Below, in pieces: positions 52,065 through 62,707 of a DNA stretch of 64,000 bases. Location: IMG/VR virus record IMGVR_UViG_3300045988_128165; one strand, 5' to 3'. How positions within the stretch are numbered: position 1 is the first letter of the stretch; each line of letters opens with the position of its first letter. A model generated the notes under the pieces. That model had not been told where the DNA came from. It ran no database searches and was given only the letters and a program-made list of their open reading frames with translations. This DNA is from a virus. Position numbers and translations under genes: made by a program.

Positions 52065-55000
52065 ATGAGTTACAGCAGTCTTCATAACCATAGCATGTAC
52101 AGTTTACTTGATGGCTATGCAACATGCGAAGAATATCTTAACCGTGCGAAAGAAATTGGTCTGAAAGCATTTTGCATAACTGAACATGGGAACGCATATT
52201 CATGGTGTTATTTTGATAAACTTAAAAAAGATTATCCAGAGATTAAAATGCTATATGGTGTAGAATTTTATGAATGTTTTGACCGTAATGAAAAGAATAA
52301 AGACAGTAAATACTTTCATTTAATTGCAATTTGCATGAATGAACGCGGACGTATAGCTTTAAATGAGCTAATAACTTTATCAGAGCTTCACGGAAAGTAT
52401 TATCGTCCTCGTGTGACTATTTATGATATGGAACCTTATGCTAATGATTTAATCGTTAGTTCTGCTTGTTTGGCTTCCAAACTCTCAAAAGAGCAAGATT
52501 ATAACAAGTGTGTAGGATATGTTAACGAGTATAAGTCTATTTTTCCTCATTTTTATCTAGAGATACAGGCGCATGGAAACAATCCAGATCAAGAAGCTTA
52601 CAACAAAAAGATTCTACAACTTGCTAAAGATACTGATACAAAGTGGATTATCACAACAGACTCTCACGCGGCAACTAAAGATGATTTGTATTATCAGGGA
52701 CGTTTAGTACAGATAGCACATGACACAGAAACAATGTCAGAAAGTTATAATGATTGTTATCTTATGTCAGAATCAGAGATTCATAATGTTCTTGACGAAC
52801 AAATTGGCATTGAAGCAGTTAACGTTGGTCTGGAAAATACAAATGAAATTGCCGACATGTGTGACATAGTCAATATGCCATTTCAGGCACCGAAGTTACC
52901 TACATTTCCACTCCCGGAAGGATTTTCAGACAATTACGAGTATCTAAAACATTCTATTAAAGAAGGATGGTATCGACATCATTTTGATGAATTTAGTGCT
53001 GAAAAAAAACAACAATATAAAGAGCGTCTTGAATATGAGCTCGGTATAATTCATCAAATGGGGTTTGACGGTTACTTTCTAATTGTGGCAGACTTTATCA
53101 AATGGTGCAAAGAGAATAATAACAAAGTTGGTGTTGGCAGAGGTAGCTGTGCTGGCAGTCTTACATGTTATACAATTGAGATTACAGATATTGATCCTAT
53201 GAAATACGGGCTAATCTTTGAAAGATTTTTGAACCCAGAACGTGTTTCTATGCCTGATACTGATACAGATGTATTTGACAGAACTTCTGTTATTAATTAT
53301 TTGGTAGAAAAATATGGAGAAGATAGAGTTTGTCAAATTATTAATTTCTCATTTATTACTCCTGTTGTATCATTGAAGGATACAGGAAAGATTTTAGGGT
53401 TTTCATATAAAGAAATGGATAAACTAAGCAAGGGGTTTGTTTATCCAACATTTGAAGAGTGTTTAGCAAACAATAAAGAAGCTGCAAATAATCCGAAATA
53501 TACTGAATTGTTTGACATTGCTTCGCATCTATCTGGAAGGGTGAAAACAACATCCATACATGCTGGAGGCGTTGGTATTGTAGATGGAAAAGTGTCTGAT
53601 TTTATGCCGATGAAACTTGGCCCAGATGGAGAGCATGTTATTCAAGTTGACAAAAGAATTGTAGAAGAAATTTCGATCATAAAATATGATATTTTGGGTG
53701 TGTCATCTCTTGGATTAGTACAACAGGCACAGCTTATGGCGGGAGTTTCAGATTGGGAAATTAATATTAATAATCCAGAATTCGAATTTGATACTGCTTC
53801 TTATGAGTTGCTTAGTAGTGCTATGACAAATGGAGTGTTTCAGGTAGAATCGCAGGGTATGAAAGATTTACTTGTTAGATTGCATCCTACTGAGCTTTCT
53901 CAAATTTCCGCTGTGCTCGCATTGTACAGACCAGACTCAATGGGAGCACTTGAAGAGTATATTGAATGTAGTAAGCACCCAGAAAAAGTCACATATATTC
54001 ATCCAGATATGGAGCCCATTTTAAAAGAGACCTTCGGTTGCATGATTTATCAGGAACAACTTTTGGATATTGTTAGAAAATTTGGCGGAAGAAGCTATGG
54101 AGGTGCTGACCTTTTTAGAAAGGCTATTGGCAAAAAGAATGTTGAACTTGTTAAACAAGAGTCTGCAAAATTATATCAAGAAATTATTGATAATGGATAT
54201 AGTAAAGAGTTGGCTAAACAAATTAGTGATGATTTGTCAACAAAAGGTGGTTATCTTTTTAACAAATCGCATTCTTATAGCTATGCTGTACTATGTTTAC
54301 AAACCGCATATTTAAAATGTCACTACAGCAAATATTTTTTTTGCGCATTGTTCAATATGAATAAAAACAAACCGGGAATGATTAATAAACACATTCTTGA
54401 TGCAAGACAATTTAATGTAGACATTTTGCCACCAGATATCAATAAATCAGAAATGAACTTCTCAGTTGTTGATGGTAAAATACTGTTTGGTTATTCTGCG
54501 ATCTCTGGTATAGGTGAAACCTTAGCAGCTAGTATTATTAACGAGCGTAACACTAATGGTAAATTCACAAACTTTAACGATTTTGTAGAACGAGTACAGC
54601 CAACCAAATCACAAATCATTTCTCTTGTTAAATCAGGAGCGATTCCTACTAAAAACAAAAAGAAATTTCTTATAAACTACTTCAAATCTCAATACGAGCA
54701 AAAGGAATACAAGCCTGTCTCTTCACTACCATCTAAAATGAAACTTCTTGTTGAGTGGAATATTGATACGTCAGAATATATGATTGGTAAAAAAATGAAC
54801 AAAGAACGAGTGCTTGCTGTCTACAACGATAAACGAAAAGTTCAGTTTGATGAAGAACAAAAAAATAAATATCAATCTTACATTGACGAGTGTACCGAAA
54901 AATACCTTAAGGATGAAGATTTTTGGGAGTTTGAAACTCTACAAATTTTCCTGACAGACGAGAATCCATTTACAGAAGCGTACAAATTAATAGACGATTT

Positions 55001-55301
55001 TGAAAACATAGACATTGGCGACAAATGTGTAACAGTTGGCGTTATTTCCAAGATCCAAAAGAAAAAAACTAAGAAGGGTCAGCAATTTGCTTTTGCTAAT
55101 TTATATTCAGGGAATGGCTTAATCGAACTGACAATTTGGCCTGACGCTTTACAAAAATTTCAAGATTTAATTGTAAAAGGACAGCAGGTAGCAGTGCTTG
55201 GGAAAAAGGAAGCAGACGATAAAGTTATCGTAGATCGAATGAAACCCTACACCGTTTGGCTCTCATCAATTAAACGACTACGTGCCAAAAAGACCTCTTG
55301 A
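52065..55301 (+). CDS. dnaE: DNA polymerase III alpha subunit
   Basis: PHP motif SLHNHSMYSLLDG, length about 1080 aa; start moved to the ATG behind AAGGAGG. Confidence 0.9.
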   Translation: MSYSSLHNHSMYSLLDGYATCEEYLNRAKEIGLKAFCITEHGNAYSWCYFDKLKKDYPEIKMLYGVEFYECFDRNEKNKDSKYFHLIAICMNERGRIALNELITLSELHGKYYRPRVTIYDMEPYANDLIVSSACLASKLSKEQDYNKCVGYVNEYKSIFPHFYLEIQAHGNNPDQEAYNKKILQLAKDTDTKWIITTDSHAATKDDLYYQGRLVQIAHDTETMSESYNDCYLMSESEIHNVLDEQIGIEAVNVGLENTNEIADMCDIVNMPFQAPKLPTFPLPEGFSDNYEYLKHSIKEGWYRHHFDEFSAEKKQQYKERLEYELGIIHQMGFDGYFLIVADFIKWCKENNNKVGVGRGSCAGSLTCYTIEITDIDPMKYGLIFERFLNPERVSMPDTDTDVFDRTSVINYLVEKYGEDRVCQIINFSFITPVVSLKDTGKILGFSYKEMDKLSKGFVYPTFEECLANNKEAANNPKYTELFDIASHLSGRVKTTSIHAGGVGIVDGKVSDFMPMKLGPDGEHVIQVDKRIVEEISIIKYDILGVSSLGLVQQAQLMAGVSDWEININNPEFEFDTASYELLSSAMTNGVFQVESQGMKDLLVRLHPTELSQISAVLALYRPDSMGALEEYIECSKHPEKVTYIHPDMEPILKETFGCMIYQEQLLDIVRKFGGRSYGGADLFRKAIGKKNVELVKQESAKLYQEIIDNGYSKELAKQISDDLSTKGGYLFNKSHSYSYAVLCLQTAYLKCHYSKYFFCALFNMNKNKPGMINKHILDARQFNVDILPPDINKSEMNFSVVDGKILFGYSAISGIGETLAASIINERNTNGKFTNFNDFVERVQPTKSQIISLVKSGAIPTKNKKKFLINYFKSQYEQKEYKPVSSLPSKMKLLVEWNIDTSEYMIGKKMNKERVLAVYNDKRKVQFDEEQKNKYQSYIDECTEKYLKDEDFWEFETLQIFLTDENPFTEAYKLIDDFENIDIGDKCVTVGVISKIQKKKTKKGQQFAFANLYSGNGLIELTIWPDALQKFQDLIVKGQQVAVLGKKEADDKVIVDRMKPYTVWLSSIKRLRAKKTS

Positions 55302-55325
55302 CAACACAAAATTATTGTGCTATAA
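55297..55325 (+). promoter_or_regulatory. consensus sigma-A promoter with motif in the spacer
   Basis: TTGACA, ACACAAAATTATTGTGC, TATAAT; overlaps the dnaE stop. Confidence 0.75.
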
Positions 55326-55359
55326 TCGCATTACAAACTAGAAAAAGGAGTGATTCAAC

Positions 55360-55725
55360 ATGGATGAAAATGAAAACTATGAACAGCCAGAGAGCGTTGA
55401 AAGCGTAGAAGAAGCAGACGAGCAAGCCACGCCAGCATCTGAACTAGCAAACGATGAGCTCAAGGAGGCAATTACTACACAGATGAAGAAGGTACAGATG
55501 GCGGCTTTGCTCAGTGGATCGAAAGCAATTTGTGGCGTTGTGCTTCAGTACATTGCGGAGTTCAAGCGCCAACCGGGCAAGAAGTCGGCAAATGATTACA
55601 AGCGACTAATTAAGAAGATTGAACATTTTTGCTCAATTAGTCTGAGCAAGGACATTAACGAGAATGGCGATATTGTTGATGTCAAGAAGGAAGAAGAGAA
55701 TACTTCCGAACCAGAGCAGGATTAA
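55360..55725 (+). CDS. hypothetical acidic protein
   Basis: ORF track. Confidence 0.55.
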   Translation: MDENENYEQPESVESVEEADEQATPASELANDELKEAITTQMKKVQMAALLSGSKAICGVVLQYIAEFKRQPGKKSANDYKRLIKKIEHFCSISLSKDINENGDIVDVKKEEENTSEPEQD

Positions 55726-55739
55726 CAATACAAAATTAT
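55725..55739 (+). repeat. motif copy ACAATACAAAATTAT
   Basis: 11 nt upstream of ATG 55751. Confidence 0.8.
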
Positions 55740-55750
55740 TGGAGGCAACT

Positions 55751-56341
55751 ATGCAGAAGTTTACTGTTGCTCTAGATTGTGATGAGGTGCTTAATAATCT
55801 CATTGAGAAAACGCTAGAGCTATATAACACGAGACATGGCACAGAACTAACGACAGAGATTTTCACGCAATATGACTTTTACAAATGCCTTCCATTTGAA
55901 ATTGCAGAAGAGCTAACTTCTATCTTCATGGAGAAAGAGCTGTGGGATTCACTATCCCCAGCTCCTGACTCTCAGTGGGGAGTTAAGAAGCTAATTGATA
56001 ATGGGTATGATGTCTACGTTGCAACAGCAACGCATTATTCAAATTTTGCGTGGAAAGTTGATTGGTTCGCCAAGAACTTCCCATTTATTGACCAGAAACA
56101 TATTATCTGTATTCAAAACAAGTCGCTATTGCATGTAGATGTACTTGTTGATGATTGTGCAGAGAATTTAATGGCTACAAATTATGCAGTTGATAGAGTG
56201 CTTCTTGATAAGCCATGGAATCGAAACGTACATGACGATGTGTATGGAATTTATAGAGCTAATAACTGGGAAGAAATTGTAGCGTATGTGAATGAACTAT
56301 ATAAAGATGCCAAAGGGCTTTATTTGATGGAGGGATGCTAA
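55751..56341 (+). CDS. 5'(3')-deoxyribonucleotidase (HAD family)
   Basis: VALDCDEVL DxDxV motif; ORF track 55664 trimmed to the ATG behind GGAGG. Confidence 0.6.
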   Translation: MQKFTVALDCDEVLNNLIEKTLELYNTRHGTELTTEIFTQYDFYKCLPFEIAEELTSIFMEKELWDSLSPAPDSQWGVKKLIDNGYDVYVATATHYSNFAWKVDWFAKNFPFIDQKHIICIQNKSLLHVDVLVDDCAENLMATNYAVDRVLLDKPWNRNVHDDVYGIYRANNWEEIVAYVNELYKDAKGLYLMEGC

Positions 56342-58579
56342 TTGATTGTAACGAAGCGTGACGGACGAAAGGTAGAATTTGATAAAACAAAGATCGAGAA
56401 CGCGATTTTAAAAGCACATAAAAGTATTTATCATGGAGATAATTTTGAAGATATTCAAGATTTCGCTGTAAAGGTTGCTTCCGACATCGAGTCAAGCAAT
56501 TCTGCTTCCGAACTTTCCGTTGAAGACATTCAGGATATGGTTGAACGAAAGCTGATGGCATCTCGGTTCAAAACAACTGCACGAGCATATGTGAACTATC
56601 GTTTTTTGCATGAAATGGCAAGAAATCAGTATCAAGAACTCATGCAAGCAGTTTCGGAAAAACTAACAGCGAATAATATCCAAAACCAAAATGCGAACGT
56701 TGATGAGGCTTCATTCGGTGGGCGTATCGGAGAGGCGAGTGATGTTGTTACAAGACGTTACGCGCTGGAATATCTCGTTTCTCCAATGGCAAAGGCCAAC
56801 CATGAAAATAATGAAATTTATATCCATGATCTTAATGCTTATGCAGTCGGGTCTCACAACTGTTTAAGTATTCCGTTTGATGATTTGCTTGCAAATGGAT
56901 TTAATACTAGGCAGACGGATGTACGTCCAGCACAAAGTATCAATACAGCGTTTCAGCTTGTAGCAGTTATTTTTCAGTTGCAGAGTCTACAGCAATTTGG
57001 TGGGGTAAGCGCGACACATCTTGATTGGACAATGGTGCCATATGTCAGAAAAAGTTTCAGAAAACATTATCTCGATGGGCTTAAATATGTTGGAGATATC
57101 AAAAATTATCCAGCAGAGCATATTCCTATTGACGCGGGGATAGAAGACGCAGAATATAAAATCTATCCTAATGTTTATAAATATGCTATGGACATGACAA
57201 CAAAAGAATGTTATCAGGCAGTTGAGGGGATGTATCATAATTTAAATACACTCCAAAGCAGGTCAGGGAATCAATTGCCATTTACGTCAATCAATTATGG
57301 CACTTGCACACTTCCAGAAGGTCGCATGGTAACAAAGGCGCTACTTGATGTTTCAATTAAAGGAATTGGAAGACTTCATCGCACTAGCATTTTCCCATGT
57401 GGAATTTTTCAATGCATGAAAGGTGTAAATAGAAAGCCCGAAGATCCAAACTATGACTTGTTTAAATTAGCACTTAAATCCACAAGCCTTCGACTTTATC
57501 CGAACTATGCAAATGTAGATTGGAGCAATAATGCCGGATATGACATCAACGATCCTAGAACATTCTTTAGCACAATGGGATGTAGAACAGCGAATGGGTA
57601 TGATATCAACGGTTTAGGCCAGCTTAAGGACGGCAGAGGAAACATCTGCCCTACAACAATTATTATGCCAACATTGGCGATGGAAGCAAAAGAATATGTA
57701 ATGAATAATTCGGAGCCATTTAGCGAAAATCTTGAAGGAGACACAGTAGACAAATTCTTAGAAATTCTTGACCAAAAAATCCATGAAGCAAAAGATATGC
57801 TTCTTGAACGTTTTGATTGGATTTGTTCTCAGTCGCCGGAAGCAGCAAAGTTTATGTATGAAAACAATGTTATGGCTGGGTATGTTCCAGAAGAAGGCAT
57901 TCGCTCCGCTCTAAAACATGGGACAATCGTGATCGGTCAACTTGGCCTTGCAGAAACTCTTCAAATTCTTATCGGGTGTGATCATACAGATCCTTGTGGG
58001 ATGGAGCTCGCAAAACGCATTGAACAGTTGTTTAAAGACAGATGTGCAGAATTCAAACAAGAATACAAGCTAAATTTTGGAGTTTACTATACTCCTGCGG
58101 AAAATCTTTGTTACACTGCTATGCGTAAGTTTAAACAGAAGTATGGCGAAATTCCAAACGTATCCGACAAAGACTTCTTTACTAATTCAATCCATGTCCC
58201 TGTTTGGAAGGAACTTAATCCTTTTGAAAAGATTGATATTGAGTCTCAATTGACTGGATATTCAAATGCTGGATGTATTACATATATTGAGTTGGAAAGC
58301 AGTTGCAAAAACAATCTTAAGGCACTTGAGGCTATTGTTAACTATGCAATGGACAAAGACATCCCTTATTTTGCAATTAATGTTCCCAACGACCAATGTA
58401 TGAACTGCGGGCATTGCGATGAAATGACAGACACATGCCCAGAATGCGGAAGTGATGATATTAAGAGATTACGCCGTGTAACTGGATATCTTACTAATGA
58501 TTATAAAACAGCATTCAATAAAGGGAAGCAACAGGAAGTCGAAATGCGCGTTAAACACGATAAAATTGTTAGCAGGTGA
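56342..58579 (+). CDS. nrdD: anaerobic ribonucleoside-triphosphate reductase
   Basis: ATP-cone N-terminus, C-terminal Cys4 ribbon and glycyl-radical RRVTGYL; TTG start. Confidence 0.9.
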   Translation: MIVTKRDGRKVEFDKTKIENAILKAHKSIYHGDNFEDIQDFAVKVASDIESSNSASELSVEDIQDMVERKLMASRFKTTARAYVNYRFLHEMARNQYQELMQAVSEKLTANNIQNQNANVDEASFGGRIGEASDVVTRRYALEYLVSPMAKANHENNEIYIHDLNAYAVGSHNCLSIPFDDLLANGFNTRQTDVRPAQSINTAFQLVAVIFQLQSLQQFGGVSATHLDWTMVPYVRKSFRKHYLDGLKYVGDIKNYPAEHIPIDAGIEDAEYKIYPNVYKYAMDMTTKECYQAVEGMYHNLNTLQSRSGNQLPFTSINYGTCTLPEGRMVTKALLDVSIKGIGRLHRTSIFPCGIFQCMKGVNRKPEDPNYDLFKLALKSTSLRLYPNYANVDWSNNAGYDINDPRTFFSTMGCRTANGYDINGLGQLKDGRGNICPTTIIMPTLAMEAKEYVMNNSEPFSENLEGDTVDKFLEILDQKIHEAKDMLLERFDWICSQSPEAAKFMYENNVMAGYVPEEGIRSALKHGTIVIGQLGLAETLQILIGCDHTDPCGMELAKRIEQLFKDRCAEFKQEYKLNFGVYYTPAENLCYTAMRKFKQKYGEIPNVSDKDFFTNSIHVPVWKELNPFEKIDIESQLTGYSNAGCITYIELESSCKNNLKALEAIVNYAMDKDIPYFAINVPNDQCMNCGHCDEMTDTCPECGSDDIKRLRRVTGYLTNDYKTAFNKGKQQEVEMRVKHDKIVSR

Positions 58580-58586
58580 TTAACGT

Positions 58587-59126
58587 ATGAACTATTTAGG
58601 AATTAGTAAATGCTCGATTGCAGATGGCACCGGAGTACGTTGTATACTCTGGTGCTCTGGGTGTACAATGCATTGTTATAACTGCCAAAATCCACAGACA
58701 TGGGATTTTAATGCAGGAGCTGTATTTGACAGTGCAGCGAAAGAACGTCTATTTGAGGCGTTGAATCATCCATACATTCAAGGGCTAACTCTTAGTGGTG
58801 GGCATCCTCTAGAATATGAGAACCTTCAAACTGTATATGATATTATTAAAGAGTTTAAAGAAAAATTTCCAGACAAAGATGTCTGGCTCTATACTGGATA
58901 TACTTTAAAAATTAATGATTTTGATACAGCAGTTGATGTCGGTTGGGACAATGGCCTACTAAGAAATTACATCCTAGCAATGTGTGATGTCGTGGTGGAT
59001 GGAAACTATGTAGACTCTTTGAGAGACTTAACATTGCCATTCAGGGGAAGCTCAAATCAACGACTTATTGACGTTAACGAGACAATTAAACAAGGACAAA
59101 TTGTTCTATACAACACAAAATTATAA
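58587..59126 (+). CDS. nrdG: anaerobic RNR activating enzyme (radical SAM)
   Basis: CSGCTMHCYNCQN cluster; follows nrdD. Confidence 0.85.
   Translation: MNYLGISKCSIADGTGVRCILWCSGCTMHCYNCQNPQTWDFNAGAVFDSAAKERLFEALNHPYIQGLTLSGGHPLEYENLQTVYDIIKEFKEKFPDKDVWLYTGYTLKINDFDTAVDVGWDNGLLRNYILAMCDVVVDGNYVDSLRDLTLPFRGSSNQRLIDVNETIKQGQIVLYNTKL
59110..59124 (+). repeat. motif variant ACAACACAAAATTAT
   Basis: overlaps the last codons of nrdG, upstream of 59151. Confidence 0.7.
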
Positions 59127-59150
59127 ATTTCAACAAAGGAGTAATGAATT

Positions 59151-59459
59151 ATGGAAGACTACGGTACGAGAGAGAAGACAATTGAAGAACTAGAGGAAGA
59201 GCTAAAGGCGGCTTCCGAAAATTATAAGCGACTTAATGATCTTGTTAAGCAGAAGAAGGACGCAGAAGAGAAGAAGCGCAATCAGAAGATTGAGGCCGAA
59301 AAGAAGGAGCGCATGAAACACATTGATGAAAGCCTTAGTGCTGTTAATGACGAGATCAAGCAGTACCTAAACGATTATGGTGTTCTACGACTAAACAAGC
59401 GCTATTATTACCTAAATTATGTATTCAATGGCACCAGCCCGTTCTGGATTGATTTTTAA
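59151..59459 (+). CDS. coiled-coil protein
   Basis: ORF track. Confidence 0.55.
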   Translation: MEDYGTREKTIEELEEELKAASENYKRLNDLVKQKKDAEEKKRNQKIEAEKKERMKHIDESLSAVNDEIKQYLNDYGVLRLNKRYYYLNYVFNGTSPFWIDF

Positions 59460-59476
59460 TCTTGGAGGTTGTTAAC

Positions 59477-59962
59477 ATGAATATTAAGTTTGCTAAGACA
59501 CGACCAGATGCCAAGATTCCGACAAAGCGACAGGGAGATGGATGTTACGACCTTTACGTTTGCTTCGACGAAGAGTTTGTAACAATTCCACCTCATTCTG
59601 TTAAGCTAGTGCCGACAGGGCTATGTAGCACTTTTGATAGCAATTATCGCATTGGCTTTAGAGAGCGGGGTAGCAACACAAAGTCCGCCTTGCTCGTAAT
59701 GGCTGGGCAAATTGATTCCAATTTTACTGGGGAGTGGTTCGTGGCCTTGTACAATGGTAACGACATCCCAATTGAGATCACAAAGAATGTATCGGAAGTT
59801 ATGAAGGAAGAAGATTTTATTCGTGTTCCGTACTGCAAGGCCGTTGCACAGTTTGCTGTAGAGGAAGTTCCTCAAGTAACTATTGAAGAAGTTGATGCTG
59901 ATTATATTATGAATCTTAAAACCGAGCGCGGCGCGGGCATGCTTGGGAGTAGCAATAAGTGA
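59477..59962 (+). CDS. dut: dUTP diphosphatase
   Basis: AGQIDSNFTGEW motif; ATG behind GGAGG. Confidence 0.75.
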   Translation: MNIKFAKTRPDAKIPTKRQGDGCYDLYVCFDEEFVTIPPHSVKLVPTGLCSTFDSNYRIGFRERGSNTKSALLVMAGQIDSNFTGEWFVALYNGNDIPIEITKNVSEVMKEEDFIRVPYCKAVAQFAVEEVPQVTIEEVDADYIMNLKTERGAGMLGSSNK

Positions 59963-60006
59963 ACATTGGACAAATAATGACTGAAAAGATAATACGGAGG
60001 CGGAAT

Positions 60007-60597
60007 ATGAAGAAAAAACCACTTGGATACCTTGGGGGCGACATTATGAGTTTCGGCTCGAATCTCGCTAGACAGTATGAATATGATAAGTTCAAGGAGA
60101 TGAATCTTCCAGTAGATGTATACTCGCCGATTCAGAACAAGTCTATCAATGATAAATCTAATATGACAGAGGAAGAGAATAATTGTCTTGCAGAGAAGAT
60201 TACCGCTGCAGATATTGAGCGTCTTTGGAATAGCGACTTTGTTGTAATGTGCCCTGAGCAAAGTGCAATCGGTTCAATGTGTGAAACAGGATGCCTCTTC
60301 GGATGGAAGTACATGGCCGAAAAACTTATGGACATCATTGAGGCGTGTGAAGACAATCACGCTCCTGCGGAGGGGACACTGGCTTGTTTGAAGAGAGAAA
60401 TTAATCGCATGGCTAATAAACAGAACTACTTCCACTACTTTGATATCCGAACAAATCATTTAAATGAAAAAGATTGGCGTAGAAGTTTCTCCATCAATCA
60501 ACTACTATATGGAATGATTCTATATACTGCCAAGTATGGAGATATTGAAACATTTGACGAGATTATGAAGCATTTGGAGGAAGAGTATGGAGAGTAA
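60007..60597 (+). CDS. nucleoside 2-deoxyribosyltransferase-like protein
   Basis: GYLGGDI N-terminus and SDFVVMCPEQ..GSMCETG resemble the NDT fold. Confidence 0.5.
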   Translation: MKKKPLGYLGGDIMSFGSNLARQYEYDKFKEMNLPVDVYSPIQNKSINDKSNMTEEENNCLAEKITAADIERLWNSDFVVMCPEQSAIGSMCETGCLFGWKYMAEKLMDIIEACEDNHAPAEGTLACLKREINRMANKQNYFHYFDIRTNHLNEKDWRRSFSINQLLYGMILYTAKYGDIETFDEIMKHLEEEYGE

Positions 60598-61837
60598 TAT
60601 GATTTATGGAATTGGAGACAAGCCGCCGTCTGGCAAAATGCTTCTTTTTGGTGTACAGATGGTACTTTCTGTCTTTGTCGCAACCGTCTTGATTGCAAAT
60701 ATTTGTGGGGTAGCGACATCAGGAGCTCTTGTTGGTGCAGCGCTTTCAACATTGAGTTATATTCTAATCACTAAAAGGCAGTCGCCAATGTTTCTAAGTA
60801 ATAGCGGAGCATTCGTTGCACCAGTAATGTTTGCACTAGGCATTGCTGGATACTCTGGGGTAGCTGTTGGTGGCCTTACGGCTTGTATCGTTTATTGCAT
60901 CTTGGGACTAATTTTTACAAAGATTCCTTACCAGTCAATTTATAAGGTGTTCCCTGCATCTCTAATTGGATCGGTTACGTGTGTTATTGGAGTAAATTTA
61001 TTTAGTTTCATCCCCGGATATATTGGAGAAACTGGTCAGTGGGGAGTCGCCATTGCAATGATTACAATGCTTTCTATTGCGCTAATTTCTCATTATGCAA
61101 AAGGTATCGCTCGTATTCTGCCATTTTTGCTTGGAATTTTGATTGGTTATGCGGCTGCCGTTATTCTTACTATTACTGGGACATGTAATCTAGTAGACTT
61201 TTCTGTGTTTGAAAATCTTAAAATTATTCAAATGCCTGACTTCGCGTTCACGCACTGGGAGACAACTGAATGGGGCAACATTGTTCCAATTGTGATCATG
61301 TTTGTAGCATACACTATCTCAGCCAGCATGGAAGCATTGAGTGATCACGCAGCATTAGGTGGAATTATCGGAGTAGATCTTTACGCAAAGCCCGGACTTA
61401 ATAAGATATTTTTCGGTGAAGGTTTTGGCAATTTGATTAGCGTATGTTTTGGTGGCCTTGGCTCCTGTAGTTATGGAGAGTCGGTGGCAGAAATTGGATT
61501 TAGTCGGGTTGCATCGGTATCTGTTACAGCAACAGCCGCAATTATTCTTGGCCTTTTAGGATTTATCGCTCCAGTTCAGGCATTTATTGTATCAATTCCT
61601 AGTTGTGTCTTTGCCGGAGCTGCTATTATCCTTTACGGTTTCATTGCTTGTTCTGGCGTAAAAATGCTACAAAAAGTAGACCTAAATGTGCAGAAAAATC
61701 TCATTATTGTATCTGCGGTTCTATCAATTGGAATTAGCGGTATTGCGATTGGCGGTGCTACAATTTCTCTATCAACAACAGCACTCGCTCTTATTGTTGG
61801 GATCATTCTCAATCTAATTCTTCGTGTTAAGGAGTGA
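60587..61837 (+). CDS. NCS2-family nucleobase (uracil/xanthine-type) permease
   Basis: 416 aa, about 12 hydrophobic segments, N-terminal LLFGVQMVLSVF. Confidence 0.6.
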   Translation: MESNMIYGIGDKPPSGKMLLFGVQMVLSVFVATVLIANICGVATSGALVGAALSTLSYILITKRQSPMFLSNSGAFVAPVMFALGIAGYSGVAVGGLTACIVYCILGLIFTKIPYQSIYKVFPASLIGSVTCVIGVNLFSFIPGYIGETGQWGVAIAMITMLSIALISHYAKGIARILPFLLGILIGYAAAVILTITGTCNLVDFSVFENLKIIQMPDFAFTHWETTEWGNIVPIVIMFVAYTISASMEALSDHAALGGIIGVDLYAKPGLNKIFFGEGFGNLISVCFGGLGSCSYGESVAEIGFSRVASVSVTATAAIILGLLGFIAPVQAFIVSIPSCVFAGAAIILYGFIACSGVKMLQKVDLNVQKNLIIVSAVLSIGISGIAIGGATISLSTTALALIVGIILNLILRVKE

Positions 61838-61842
61838 TAACT

Positions 61843-62391
61843 ATGCACACGGTATTCCTAATTGTTGGGAAAAGTTCTTCTGGAAAGGACTCACTTGTAA
61901 ACAAGCTATGCAACGAGCACGGATATCGACAGTTAAAATCATATGCGACTCGTCCTCGCAGAAAAGACGAAGGAGACACTCATACTTTTATTACAAAGGA
62001 CGAAGTTGCTCAATATCAAGGTCAAATGATTGCTTATACGCAAATTGGAGACGCAATTTATTTTGCGACAAAAGACCAGCTTATGGAATCGGATCTGTAT
62101 TGCATTGACTATCGTGGTATTGAGTATATGCATTCACTTTCGCTTGATCTTTCTGATGTTCGCTTCGTAACAATTTACATTCATGTGCCAGATGATATTC
62201 GTGAAGAGCGAGCTATCAATGGCAGAAAAGACGATGCACTTACGTTTTACAAACGCTGTTTCAATGAGAACGAGCAGTTTTCGGAGATGATTATGCGAGA
62301 CGATTTTGACTATGCAATTTCAAATATTGATTTTAACAAAGCGTATAAAATTTTTGAAACAATTATTGAGGAGGAACTAAAAGATGATTAA
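61843..62391 (+). CDS. guanylate-kinase-like (d)NMP kinase
   Basis: VGKSSSGKDSL P-loop, SYATRPRR segment. Confidence 0.5.
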   Translation: MHTVFLIVGKSSSGKDSLVNKLCNEHGYRQLKSYATRPRRKDEGDTHTFITKDEVAQYQGQMIAYTQIGDAIYFATKDQLMESDLYCIDYRGIEYMHSLSLDLSDVRFVTIYIHVPDDIREERAINGRKDDALTFYKRCFNENEQFSEMIMRDDFDYAISNIDFNKAYKIFETIIEEELKDD

Positions 62392-62569
62392 GCGTGACAT
62401 TACAGAAACTATTTACGAATATGATAAGACCGGCAATCTTGTTCAGAAGACTGTCACAGAGACTCATGAAGTAGACGATGAGACAAGATATCCTCCAGTC
62501 AATTGGGCTTCTACTACATACGTAGGAGATACAACAGCGCACAATTGCACGTGTAGTAGCCATTCTTGA
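62384..62569 (+). CDS. hypothetical protein
   Basis: ORF track. Confidence 0.5.
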   Translation: MIKRDITETIYEYDKTGNLVQKTVTETHEVDDETRYPPVNWASTTYVGDTTAHNCTCSSHS

Positions 62570-62610
62570 CTCAAAAAATGCGTATAAATGCGCAAAACTG
62601 AATAGCAATA

Positions 62611-62652
62611 TGTCGGTAGTGTAATTTCTCACATTACCGGCATATTTATTTA
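62611..62652 (+). terminator. intrinsic terminator
   Basis: TGTCGGTAGTGTAA/TCACATTACCGGCA stem followed by a T-rich tract. Confidence 0.6.
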
Positions 62653-62707
62653 TCAAAATGCAATGATATAATATAAAATATAGCAAATATAATAGGAGAG
62701 TGATAAT

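Noticed and set aside
29702-55750. ORF-track N-terminal extensions (29702, 30771, 31131, 49932, 55664 and others)
   Set aside because: The extensions read through promoters or the 15-nt motif. Internal ATGs with proper SD spacing give the likely starts.
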